DNA of 62,094 nt, the filler included. It is 10 parts of 10 records of this genome, joined end to end, with 100 filler letters (N's around TTAATTAATTAA, not from the genome) between each part and the next. Parts side by side here need not be neighbours in the genome. Positions count along the whole stretch, not along the records: positions 21,467 to 25,517 come from SRR7504441_4946; positions 25,618 to 37,906 come from SRR7504441_4948; 8 more parts are not named here. One strand, 5' to 3'. Every line of letters starts with the position of its first letter. Positions within the stretch are counted from its first letter, which is position 1. The position numbers and the translations under genes were made by a program. Positions 22,091-33,078 of this stretch are shown here, one piece after another. The notes beneath the pieces are model-generated. The model had not been told where the DNA came from. It saw only the letters and a program-made list of their open reading frames with translations, and did not search any database.

Positions 22091-22152
22091 CGTGGCTGCC
22101 TGCTGCCGCCTGCTGAGAATGCCACCTGCAGCCGTTGTTTACGTTGTAAAAC

Positions 22153-23017
22153 ATGGGGCTGGACGGTGGGATTCTGCCCCGGGCTCATCTAGCCTCGGCC
22201 AGGGTATGAGAACGTGATGCGCTCGTGCGGAATGCTGTACTTCCACTTCGGCTGGGGGCTGGGGATGATCCTGCTGGGGTGAATGCCCGAGCCGGGCCAG
22301 CTGAGCGCTGGTGCAGAGCCGTGGTGATCGCCACCCGGCTGCCCTGCCTACCGCACCGGTTCCGCTCTTGGCACCCGGCGCTGGCCAGCTGTTGGATGTA
22401 CGGCTCGATCGTGCAGATAGCCACCTCGCTCTACTGCCGGAATAACGGTGCGCGTTCGGGCGGGCAAGCCCAACTAGCTGTGGCAGGCTTCAAACCGTTT
22501 GTATTTGGGTTTCTAGTGGTATTCGTCTTGGCGATGGTAGTCGGCCACGCCGCAATCCGTCAATACCAGCGCCTTGTGGCGGAGGCCGCACTGGCCGCGG
22601 TCAAAGAGCGTGGCCTTCGCCACCAGAAGCTGGTATTGGAGGCGAGCGGCTCGAAGGTGGAGATTAACCCTATGGCGGAGCAAGAAGTTTTTGGGCATCA
22701 AGTGGCCAGCCTTACGGGCCTACTGAGTGGCATGACTGCAGGCGGAGGCCGAGACTCACGACGTTGCATCGGATGGGCAGTGGTTCGGCTTTCCTGTACA
22801 CTATCTCAAGTACACTCACGCTGTGTGTATGGTACTGTCCTATGCGATGCTGTTCGGGGCTGGCGTGATGTTTGTTAAACGCAGCGAGCAGCTGAAGAGC
22901 TGCTCCAATTTCTATGCGTCACATGACAGCGACGCGGTGTCAGGCGCGGTGATTTTTGGGTACGGCGGTGACTTCATGTTAAAAATGGGTGGAGTGGTGA
23001 CCAATTTGTGTAGGTGA
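22153..23017 (+). CDS. Hypothetical multi-pass membrane protein, several short introns (3' end uncertain)
   Basis: Hydrophobic exon segments separated by ~38-nt GT-AG introns. Confidence 0.45.
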
Positions 23018-23363
23018 CCTCTACATGGGTGGCGCCAATTTCACTGAGCCCTCGGACTTGTAGCTTACATGTACTAACCCTTGGAAGCCTTGGAACATAT
23101 GCACGAGCCCAACAAGTACAGTTTCCACTAAGTCGCCCTAAGCACCTACAGTGATTGTGAAGTCCTAAAGCTATACCTTCGATATCATCCGCAAGTGCTC
23201 ATGAGTATTGCGTAAGTGTTGTGAGTAGTGAGAGTCATGCTGGCTATATCGGCTTGGTGTGCATGACGCGTGTGTAGTCTATCGAATGATTCGAATGTGA
23301 TGAAGTGTACGCATAGTGTACGCAGTACACGCCGGGGAATATTAAAAGTTCTATAGTTTATGG

Positions 23364-24918
23364 TCAGCTGGTTAGCATATGCATGCGCTCTTGCCACTCG
23401 CTCTCAGTCGCTTCGAGCTTGGCCGTCCACTTCTCCTCAGCCTCAGCCATGGCCTCTGCAACATCAACGAGTAACTAAGCTGCATTCTAAGCCAAGATGG
23501 CTGCATACCTGCGTGCTCGGCCTCTTTGGTCTGTATCAGCGCGTCGGTCCGCTTGATCGACGATTCCTTGAGCAGAGCCTGCTGCTGCTCAGCTCGGGTG
23601 CGTTCCCCGTCTAACTCCGCCCTGTGGCTCTCTTTGGTGTCCTTGAGCTCGTTCTGTGCACTTTGGAGCTTGCCCGTGAGGAGGAAGCCAAGCGCGAAGT
23701 CAGTAGATTGGAACATGAGCGCCAGATGACGATGAACGAAGTAAGCACAAGGTTTGCGTCACTATTACGGCTACTGGGCCAGTCAGAACCTGCTGAAACC
23801 ACCTGGCAGCTAATGTGTACGCAGGTCGAGGAGGCCAGTAAGCAGAGCATCCTAGCATTCGCTACTGCTGTCATTTCCTGCTGCGCAGCTGCAGCTTGTT
23901 CGAGAGCTTGTTCATATCCATGCAATCGGTGAATATGCTGCTCTTGTTGGTGCGCCTCGTTCGCCTCTTGGATCGCCTGAGCGTTATCCAGCGCAGCTTG
24001 CATCCCCTCCAACGCCTCAGCCTGCCACACCAGGTAATCACCCAGAAAGCAGTCACAAACCTTGGTGGCGGACTCGGCCAGCTGCTTCGTGAGCTGGGCG
24101 ATCGCCTCTTCCTGCTCAGAACACCGAAGTCTGGTGCTCCTCAATTCCGCCGCCACACTACGGTCAAACAACTCTTGGGAGGCCTCCAGCCCAGCTGCCT
24201 CACTGCCGCTCTGGTTCAACCCAGCCATTATTGCAGCCATCTCCTCCACTGCAGCCTCTGCAGCTGTTCGTCTTGCCTCTGCAGCCGATCTGTGCTCCTC
24301 CTCCTGGCGCAGTCGCCCCTGAAGCGGCTCCAACGCGTTAGCCTGCACCTGAGGTCACCAGAGCCAACGCATCAGGGGTACCCTGACAGTGGCCTCGTCG
24401 AGCTTGGCTTGCGTCTCCAAGAGTGCCTTCTCGTCTTGCTCCCGCTTGACGAGACACTGCTCCACCTCACGCTGCAGCTCCGGCACTGTCCGCTCCAGCC
24501 ACGCCACAGTGTGCCCCGGCGGGCAGTCCGGCAGTCCGGCGTGGCCAGCAACTGACCGGACGCGATCGAGCAGCTCCTCAGTGCCGGTGCTCTCTAGCAG
24601 CAAGTGCTGCAGTTGGCCAGTCAGCTCACCCACCACCCGGTCATGCCCTGTCTGTGCCCCAGCCAGCCGATGCAGCACCGCCTCCAGGCACTCAGCAGGC
24701 GGCCGGCCCGCGCCTGGTTGCTCCTCTGGCAGGCCGTACTGTCGGCAGAGCGACTTGAGCTTGTCAGCTAACTGCTGCCACTCGCCTTCCACCTCCCCGC
24801 GCAGCTTGTCCAGCTCCTCTTCGGCCCGCCGTTTGTCCTCCTCCATCTGTTCAGCCTGCGCCAATTGCTGGTCGACGCGCCGCTGCTCCGCCGCGAGCCC
24901 AAGCACAAACTCGGCATG
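23364..24918 (-). CDS. Coiled-coil protein, 3' part only, with an apparent internal inversion
   Basis: E/Q/A/L-rich exons with short introns. There is no 5' end, and segment ~23672-23855 codes on the opposite strand. Confidence 0.55.
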
Positions 24919-25517
24919 GCGAGTCGTACCAGACCCCCATCATCTGCTTGGACCGCTCACTCCGCCCATTGTGATCGTAGCCAGCCGGGTGCGTCGGTGC
25001 AGGGAAGGCCGACCCCCAGCGCTGTGCGCTCATATAGCCTACAGTCAACGGCTCCACTAGCCCCAGCGCCGCCGTGAATGCCGCAACCAGATCGGAGGCC
25101 GGCTTCTGGAGGTAGGCCGGATCCTGCGGTATGAAGCTGCCGGTCTCAGGGTCTTGCATCGGCACCCGCTCAATCTCTTGTGCCGCGTACGCAGCGGTCG
25201 ACACCAGCGTCCAGCACTCGCCGGCGAGCTCCCTGGGCTGCGCCCCAGGCTTGGAGGCGGTGCGCGCTGCAAACCAAATCTGCGGGTGATCAAACGCTAT
25301 CCCATCGAGCTCGGTGGGCACGGGAGCCTCAAAGGCAACGATGGCACTGAAGAGCGCTACCCGAACTCTGTCACGCACACGCTGCGCTGCATTATCGATG
25401 AAGGCGCGCGGCAGCCCTGCGGAGGCACGGTGCCATCCGTCCATCGCGGCGGATGCATCGGTGACTATCACAAAGTCGAAGGTGCCGAGCGCATCTGCCG
25501 CCCGCGCAGCCACCACC
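24919..25517 (-). CDS. Renalase-like FAD/NAD(P)-dependent oxidoreductase, internal fragment
   Basis: FDFVIVTD, IWFAARTASKPG, ECWTLVST and AQRWGSAFP motifs. The 5' end is cut by the linker and the expected C-terminal GD motif is absent. Confidence 0.65.
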
Positions 25518-25806
25518 NNNNNNNNNNNNNNNNNNNNNNNNNNNNNNNNNNNNNNNNNNNNTTAATTAATTAANNNNNNNNNNNNNNNNNNNNNNNNNNN
25601 NNNNNNNNNNNNNNNNNCCTATTAATAAACTCGATTCAGCCCGATACAATGCGGTGCGGCGGCTGCTAGCCTAGCACCTCTGCTGGCGCTGTTGGAAGCC
25701 CTTGCTTCCTCGTGTTGCGCCCCCGCGTCCCTTCTGATCATGCTGTTTTTGCTGATTTTTTTCTGGCGGCGGCCGTTACTTCGCAGCGGGTACACCAGCA
25801 CTCGCG

Positions 25807-27050
25807 ATGAGTTTTGGGTCCAGCACTTCGCCGCGGTTCAAGGTGGCCCGGAACCACAACCCGGCCCCCGGGAAATACCACAAGGAGAAATCGGTCCGCC
25901 CGCCCGGCCGGCCACGGGGCTCACCGCCGGGTTCAGCGCAACAAGGCGCTGCCTGGGCCGCCGTCGGCCGCCACCTCCCGCTCCCAATGGCTGCACGGCA
26001 AGATGGAAGTGGAGCAGCACATGGGACTGTCGCGCGAAGGTCGCCCGGCCCCACCCGCCGACCCAAGATGAACCGTTGGCCCAGGCTTCGTCGGCAGCCA
26101 GAAGTGCCTCGAGTCACCTGGACCAGGCTCGTACAACGCTCGGTATGCCCTCCCGGGCTGTGCCGGGCCGACCGAGGGGCAGATCCACGTTCGACACCCG
26201 CCCAATCCCATCGCGGGAGACGGGGTTCCTCACGAGCAGCAAGCGGTCCGCCCCCGCCCCGCCGCGCGAGCTCATCCGCCGCAGGTTCACAGGGGCCCAA
26301 CCGGGCGGCGAGACCCCTTACCGGGGCCACGAGACGTGGCGAGCCGGCCAGCGCCGTTCGACCGGGTGTGTCGGCCGTCGGGCCGGCGGCTGAGCCCGGT
26401 GCAGCGCGCCTGGGTTTAACCAGTCTAACAACGGCGCTCGAGGCAGCTGGCTGCACGGGGACGTCGTCGACCAGTACGCAACCCGGCCGGCCGGCTACCA
26501 GAGCAGACAGCACGTGCCCGACACCCCGGGCCCCGGTGCGCTCGACCCCGCCCAGCCCGGTGGACGGTGGTCGCAGGTTCGTACGAGTCGCGCGTGCAGT
26601 CCGCGCCGGCACCCAAGCTCGGGACCCAGCAGCGCTTCCAAGCCGGAATCACAAACCCACAAGTCGGGCCCGGTGCGGCTGCCGCGCGGCGCAGTGGGCG
26701 AGCTGGGAGCAGGCTCTTACCAAGTGGGAGCTCGCCCGGCCAAGTATGAGCCGACCCCTGCAGCCACCCAGGTGCTGGCCTGAGGGCTGCACTCCCGAGC
26801 GCGGGCAGGTGAACAGGTCCAACTGGCTGCACGGCGCGGTGGGCGGACCGCAGGTTGTGTCCGGCTCGCAAGTGCAGCACGTCTCGCGGGAGAGAATGGC
26901 AGACAGCCCTGGCCCGGGCAACTACAACCAGGTGCCAGGAGCGGCCTTGAGCTAGGGCTGAGCGCGGGGCAGCGGTCGAGCTTCGAACGGGCGATCAAGG
27001 CCCCGATCCACCAGATTTCGCTCGAGGAGCGGTTCGCGCGCGGGATCTAA
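25807..27050 (+). CDS. STPG/SHIPPO (PGPGxY)-repeat protein, multi-intron
   Basis: NPAPGKY, DTPGPGALDP, VGPG and DSPGPGNY repeats across exons. Confidence 0.7.
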
Positions 27051-27357
27051 GTGCCGACTGTCTAGATTATTATATGCTGGTGCCGAGGATTCACGGATGT
27101 GCCTTTGCGAAAGAGTACCTGTATTATAGTGAGCATGTACTACATGTAAGCCTGAGGTACTATTAAACTGAGATTAAACTTCAACTGATTTTCGTTACAC
27201 ACGTCAACTATACTTGGTGTGTCGCTTTATTTCATTGATGAATCCTCGATAATCTTAAAAATGCGTGGTGGACCATGTGGTGGACACGTGACCTAACGGT
27301 GAGACCAACTTGCTAACTACGAGTGTAAGCTGCACGTGTCATCAAGATCTGAACAAT

Positions 27358-29806
27358 CTACTGGTCCGCTCCATCCGGGCCGCGCAGGTATGTCTCCACA
27401 CCAGTCACAGCCTCTCGGCTCAGCTCTGAGCTCAGCCTCTCGACCTCAGCCCTAGCCCGAAGCAGCCCGCCCGCTGGCGGCATCCCTTGCACAGCCGCGT
27501 TGGCCCTCATCGCGTCCTCGATCCTGAGCTCCTCGGTCAGCCGCCGGTCCATGTGGTCGCCCCGCACTGCGGCGTCGAACGCAGCCCGATCGATATCTCC
27601 GTGCCTCGCGTCCCTAAGAGCCAAGTCCATCTCCGCGGCAGAAAGCCGCGGTGGAAGGCCCGGGATCACGCCACCCGGCAGGCCGGCGCCCTCGAGCGCC
27701 ATCATCCGGCTAGCCTCGGCGTTGGCGCTGAGAGCATCCCGGACTGCAATATCGCGCGCAGCGGCGGGCGAGAGGTACGGCGCAGTCGCTGCTGATCCTT
27801 CGGGGCCTTCGCCCATCCGGCGCTTGATGCTAGAGGCGATGCCCGAGACCATCCGGCCGGCCGAGTCCTGCAGCTCCCGCCTGAATTGTTTCTCAAGCAA
27901 CGCACGGTGCGGCGAGGCCGGCAGGTCGGAGCTGCCCTCAGGGGTGGCGACGGCGTCGGCGAGGTCCTTGGCCGTGTCCGAGATCTTGTGGCCGAGCTGG
28001 GTCTGAGCTACTGCCGAGTGCAGCGCCGCAGTGGGCGCGGATGAGAGCTGTTCTCCTACCGTCTTCCGCTGCTCCTTCAGCAGCGCTGCGGCGTGCTCCT
28101 CGGCGGCACGGGCGTCAAAGTCCTCAAGCGCGCGCTGCTCCTTCTTGGCGGTGAGGGCCGACTGGAACTTACCGAGGTCGATCGCCGCCTGGTCCTGCTG
28201 CTTGTCGGCGATCCCGGTCTTCCACATCCGGACCGTCCGACGTGCGACTTGCTCCTCGGTAGGCTTGTCGACCTTGCGAGCAAGTGCGTCCTGCACCTCC
28301 TTGACCGCCGTGTTGAGCTTGAGGTCCGACAGGTTCTTGGCCAGTTTGACTGCGGTCTCCAGCTCCATTGGCCGCACCCTGTCCTTGCGCACGATCCCGT
28401 CGATCCTGCCCTCCATCGTGGCGAGCCGCTCAATCACGTCGTCCTCATCCACCTGAAGGGCGGTGAGCTGGCCCAAGCGCCGGCCGGTCGGGAGAGGGCA
28501 GTCCGGCCAATCAGAGCTAATTAAAGGAGAGACTCTCGTCACGGCTGATCCGAAGGCCAGGAACAAGTGGACTCCAATCATCACGTAGCGGCAGGAGGGC
28601 ACGGCTCGGAGGGAGAAGCGCACCTGGAGCAGGCGCTGCTTCTTGGCGTACTGCACGAAGAAGTCCCAGTCCTCCATCCCGCGCTCCAGCTTGCGCAGGT
28701 TCCGGTACCTGCAGCGCGGGCTCGACGACACGCAGCCAAACGCTCACTTGGTGGTTCGGGCCACGAGCCCGCGGTGGCGCTTGCGGGTCTCGACGTACTG
28801 GTTCCAGGTGCCGAACACGTTGAACTTGGTGGTGCGCGACCGGCGGAATTGCTTATACGCGAGCTTCGTGCTGAGCACTCTGTTGAAGTCGACATAAAAC
28901 TGCCGAGCGGTCTAACGGAAAACAAACGAAAGCAGCGGCACCTTCCAGGCGGTGACGATCTTGCTCTGAGTGCGCACCTCGCGGGTGTCGGTCACCTGCC
29001 CGGCCCGATCGCATCGGCCACGTGGCCGGTTGGGCGACCTTCTGCACGAGGAAACGGTGGCGCTTCTTGCGCTTCCACTGGTTGAAGAAGCCCGCTATGC
29101 CCTTGAGCTTGTGCACCTCGTTTCGCCGCTCGTCCATGTTCCGGATAATGGTCCGGTGCCGCTTATTGTACTGCCACACCCAGAACCTGCCTCATCCAGT
29201 CACACTGCGCTGCACAGCCGTCGACAGACCATATCCCGAAGCCACAGTCCATCCTGTTCCTGCGGAGCGATCGGAGCGAGAACTTGACCAGGTGCCGGCA
29301 CTTCTTGTTGTACTGCCAATCTTCCTCCCACAGCCGGATCACCTTGTGAATGTACACCTGCCGCCCCCGCTCGCCCGCAGCCCAGCTGCAGTCGGCCCGC
29401 CTTGCGCTGGTGGCGGCACGACTTCTTCCACTTGGCGCGCTCATCCTTCCCGACGAGCCACTCCCGCCGGAACGCTTCGAACCCGTCCGCAGAGGCCTCT
29501 CGGACGTACTTCTCGTACCGTTTGTTCACCACGAAGTGGCTGCCGCCCGCCGGGTGAGCCGACGGCCGGCGGGGCGGGCGGACCGCAGTTTCATGTTCTG
29601 GAGGGCCAGCCTGGGGAAGTCGGTGTCGTGCCGGGCCTGGAGCGCCGCGATCTCGTCTTGGTGCCTGCCGGGCGTCGGGCCGCGAGCGAGGGGCCGGGGG
29701 ACCTGTGGATCTGGTTGACCACCCACACCACGGTCTCCTGCAGATGGGAGAGGTCGACCAACGACTTGGCCGCCACATTGAAGTCCGCCAACCGCGGGGA
29801 CGCCAT
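27358..29806 (-). CDS. Large hypothetical basic/helical protein with periodic Trp (Sfi1-like), 8 introns; snoRNA host
   Basis: A continuous frame is obtained by removing ~40-nt introns (one GC-AG at 29358-29400) and a 171-nt intron at 28453-28623. Confidence 0.65.
28507..28589 (-). ncRNA. Putative intronic box C/D snoRNA
   Basis: Box C GTGATGA (28584-28578), D' CGGA (28552-28549), C' GTGACGA (28542-28536) and D CTGA (28514-28511). It spans 74 nt from C to D, inside an oversized intron, ~58 nt from the 3' splice site. Confidence 0.75.
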
Positions 29807-29980
29807 GGCGGGGGCGAGGCTACGGGGGCGCGAGGGCTATGCCGACGGACCCGGAGCAGCAACTGACAATCACAACGGACGACACAGCTTGCCTTCAGTT
29901 CTGGATTCACAGTGAGGCACGGTGGACAGACACGGTGGACAGACCGTGGGCCATTGGTGTACCGGCTGGTCCGCTGGTCT

Positions 29981-31273
29981 ATGCTGTCGTCACAGCGCGT
30001 CATGCTGTCGTCACAGCGCACATCGTCGCGCGCCGTCCTGCCAGGCCCGGGGTTGCCGTTGTGTACCGGTGGGGAGGACGGAGCCAAGAACGGCGCAGAG
30101 CTGGCGAGCACTCTGCTGGCACGCGCGGCCCGGCTGATCGATTTCGGTGGCGACACCGAGCAGATCATCACCCGCCTTGCTGCGGAGCACATCAGCTGGG
30201 CTTGGCAGCTACGGCAGTTGAGCGAGCAATCGTGGAGAGAACTGGGGGCGCCGCTGGGACTCATCGCGGCGGTTCACGAGGAGCTCAACAGACAGCCGGA
30301 TCCGGCTGGCGCGCCCGCGGTACATGGTGAGCAGCCGCCCGCACACCGGACACCTGAGTCCGTGAGACCGCACACCTGGTGCCAGGGCATGTCGTGGGCG
30401 CTCAGGAGCTACTTTAAATGCTGGCGATTTCAAGACTTTTACATGCCACGCGACCACCAGCGTCTGTACAAAGCGTGCCAGGAGAGGGCGATGGACGGCC
30501 CGCGGATGAAGGAGCACTACCTGCGAGCGGCCGAGATTTGGTGTGTCATCCATACACTTTTAGCCGGTGTCAACGCGCAGCTCTGGGCATATGCCCCAAC
30601 CTCTGCATCAACAGGCCGGCTATATGCGAACGAGATGATTTCTTCGATCAGTATAATCCTGCAGTGCATCGTTGCGGTCGAGTTGACCATTTTCATCGTC
30701 ATCGGCTCTGCCGTCTCAGAGGCTAACTTCAGAGCCTTCATGCTCGCGGGGCACGCTTGCATAGCAATTCCGCAAATTCTGCTCATGGCTGCCTTGTACG
30801 CATTCTTTGCACAGGTGGCTATCAGATAGTGCGTGCCGGAGCGATTGTGACGCTCACGCAGGTGTTTCTGCTCATGTACATTCGGCTGGAGGATATTTAT
30901 CCGTGTGACGCCAATCTAGTCATCGTGGTCTCGCTCGCCGGCGTGCTCTGCTTACCCATGTATGTTTTCTACGTCAACCCACTTTGCATCATAGCTCAGC
31001 ATGGTGGCTGCTGCTTTGGCCGAGTTAATGAGCTGACTGCTAGTGGAACTAGGTGGACTCATGAGAGAGGCGGCTATATCGAGTCATTACGACAAGGATC
31101 AAGTTCTAGATGACCTGGCCAACCAGATCGGCAGCCATAGAAGTCAGAAGGAATGCCTCGCGTTTTATTATTCATGCGCGGAACAGGGGACTGCATACAC
31201 TCCAGACAGTCCTCACTCCCCGGGCATCAAAATGCATGAAAACCTGCTCACCAAGCGCACCTCAAGCACATGA
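29981..31273 (+). CDS. Hypothetical membrane protein with SAM-like N-terminal domain, two introns
   Basis: LAAEHISWAWQLRQLSEQSWRELGAPLG is SAM-like and is followed by several hydrophobic helices. Confidence 0.6.
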
Positions 31274-31661
31274 ATTCAGCTGCAGTACCTACATGTACAA
31301 TGGAAATAAATAGTGTGTTCTAAGCGGATCCGGATCTGAGCACACCGGGCTTCGCTCCGTGCACTCGGGACCTCGGGACAACACCCTAAACATCCCCCTC
31401 GTCGATTTACTCGAGAGGTGCAAGCCGATCAAACCGATCAAATGTAACTCGGCATTCTGTTATCAGTCCGTGAGAGGATCTGACCACCTCCAAGTGCGTC
31501 GACGAGTCGAGAGCCGAGTAGCAACAGAGCCCGCCACTAGTAAAGCATCCGGCTGCACGTAGGCTGCACGCACATTGCAGTGCCGCACTCGCCGCCGGCC
31601 GGCGCACGGATCGGAACTCGGCCCAGTTCAATGCTACGCATGCGTTCCAGATGCAGGAGTC

Positions 31662-32042
31662 TGGGACACACTAGGAATCAAGTACACGGTGCAGAAGCAG
31701 GAGCACACGGAGATCGAAGATGTGCCAGAGGATGGCGTGATGGTGTACGGCATGTTCATGGATGGGGCTAAGTTTAACTGGGAAGAGTCCAAACTGGAAG
31801 ACTCCACTCCAGGGGTGATCTACTCGACGCTACCTCCAATTCATATGGCACCATGTGCAAACTTTGTGCGCAACAAGGCTGATTATGAGTGCCCGTTGTA
31901 TAAGACAACAGTGAGGGCCGGGACATTGTCGACAACTGGGCACTCGACAAATTTTGTGGTGGCGCTTGACATACCGAGTGACAAGGAACCAAACTACTGG
32001 GTGCTGAAGGGCGCAGCTGGGGTGTGCTCCTTGAACGACTAA
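31662..32042 (+). CDS. Axonemal dynein heavy chain, extreme C-terminal fragment only
   Basis: PEDGVMVYGMFMDGA...YECPLYKT...RAGTLSTTGHSTNFV...YWVLKGAA...LND* is a DHC C-terminus. No upstream dynein sequence is present in the contig. Confidence 0.85.
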   Translation, partial: WDTLGIKYTVQKQEHTEIEDVPEDGVMVYGMFMDGAKFNWEESKLEDSTPGVIYSTLPPIHMAPCANFVRNKADYECPLYKTTVRAGTLSTTGHSTNFVVALDIPSDKEPNYWVLKGAAGVCSLND

Positions 32043-32191
32043 AGTGATTTCGTCACTTCAAAGCTTTACATCTCTGCTCTAAACCACTCACAGAACGATA
32101 ACTACAGTATATTTAATTAAAGATCCTTTAACTTAAACGGGAGCAGAATATTGATCCAAGTCGATGTCACTTGTGGCATGGACAAAATTAA

Positions 32192-33022
32192 TTAGCCGCG
32201 ACCAACAAACGGCATCTTAGAGGCCATGACAGTCATAAACAACACATTCGCATCCAGAGGCAGGCTTGCCATGTATACCACCGCATCGCCCACATGGGTC
32301 ACATCAAACACAGGCTCTGACCCATCATCCTTCATCCGTTTGGTCATAGCGGTTTCAGCATTTCCGATATCAATTTGGCCACACGCAATATCGAATTCGC
32401 GTCCATCCAGCGCCACGCTCTTGGTCAGCCCGGTTAGCGCGTGCTTGGTGCTGGTGTATGGGGCTGAGTTTGGCCGCGGGGCGGTGGCGCTGATGCTCCC
32501 ATTCATAATGATGCGACCGCCCTGCGGACTCTGGGCCTTCATCACCCGCATGCTGTGGCGTGTGGTCAGGAACGACCCGGTCAGGTTGGTGTCTACACAC
32601 CGGTGCCACAGCTTGAGCGGAAGCTCGTCTATGGCGATGGGGGGCGCCCCGACCCCGGCGTTGCAGAACACGCAGTCCACCCTCCCAAACTCCTCCACCG
32701 CCTGATCGAAGAGCGCCTGGACCGCGCTGTCGTCGGTGATGTCCGTTGGGACCACCAGTATTCGGCTGTCCGGCACCAGTCGCCTGATCTCGTCGGCGGT
32801 CTCCTCCAGCTTATCCCGCCGTCGGCCCGCCAGCACGGTGCACGCGCCCTCGTTGGCAAACGCTAGGGCCACGGTCCGGCCGATCCCTGAGCCCGCGCCG
32901 GTGGTGACCGTTACCTTGTGGTCCAGCCGGCGGACGGGAGCCTGGGCTTGGCAGCTGGAAGCGAATGGGACCGCGCCGAGGGCCGACAGCCCGACAGCTC
33001 GGCGAAGCACCACTGGCCACAT
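32192..33022 (-). CDS. Short-chain dehydrogenase/reductase with possible targeting presequence
   Basis: [12 protein letters not shown] and YTSTKH (YxxxK) motifs. Confidence 0.92.
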   Translation of the reverse strand: MWPVVLRRAVGLSALGAVPFASSCQAQAPVRRLDHKVTVTTGAGSGIGRTVALAFANEGACTVLAGRRRDKLEETADEIRRLVPDSRILVVPTDITDDSAVQALFDQAVEEFGRVDCVFCNAGVGAPPIAIDELPLKLWHRCVDTNLTGSFLTTRHSMRVMKAQSPQGGRIIMNGSISATAPRPNSAPYTSTKHALTGLTKSVALDGREFDIACGQIDIGNAETAMTKRMKDDGSEPVFDVTHVGDAVVYMASLPLDANVLFMTVMASKMPFVGRG

Positions 33023-33047
33023 TGAGAGGAGTGACAGCCTGTTATTT

Positions 33048-33055
33048 TAACGGAC
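33048..33055 (+). promoter_or_regulatory. YAACGG motif in divergent promoter
   Basis: TAACGGAC in the 56-bp gap between ATGs at 33022(-) and 33079(+). Confidence 0.55.
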
Positions 33056-33078
33056 TTTCGCTCGGTGACGCGGTCGAA

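Noticed and set aside
31313-31345. GTGTGTTC...GAGCACAC hairpin as a Helitron end that captured the dynein fragment
   Set aside because: No matching CTRR terminus or second copy, and it lies at a convergent 3' boundary where hairpins are common.
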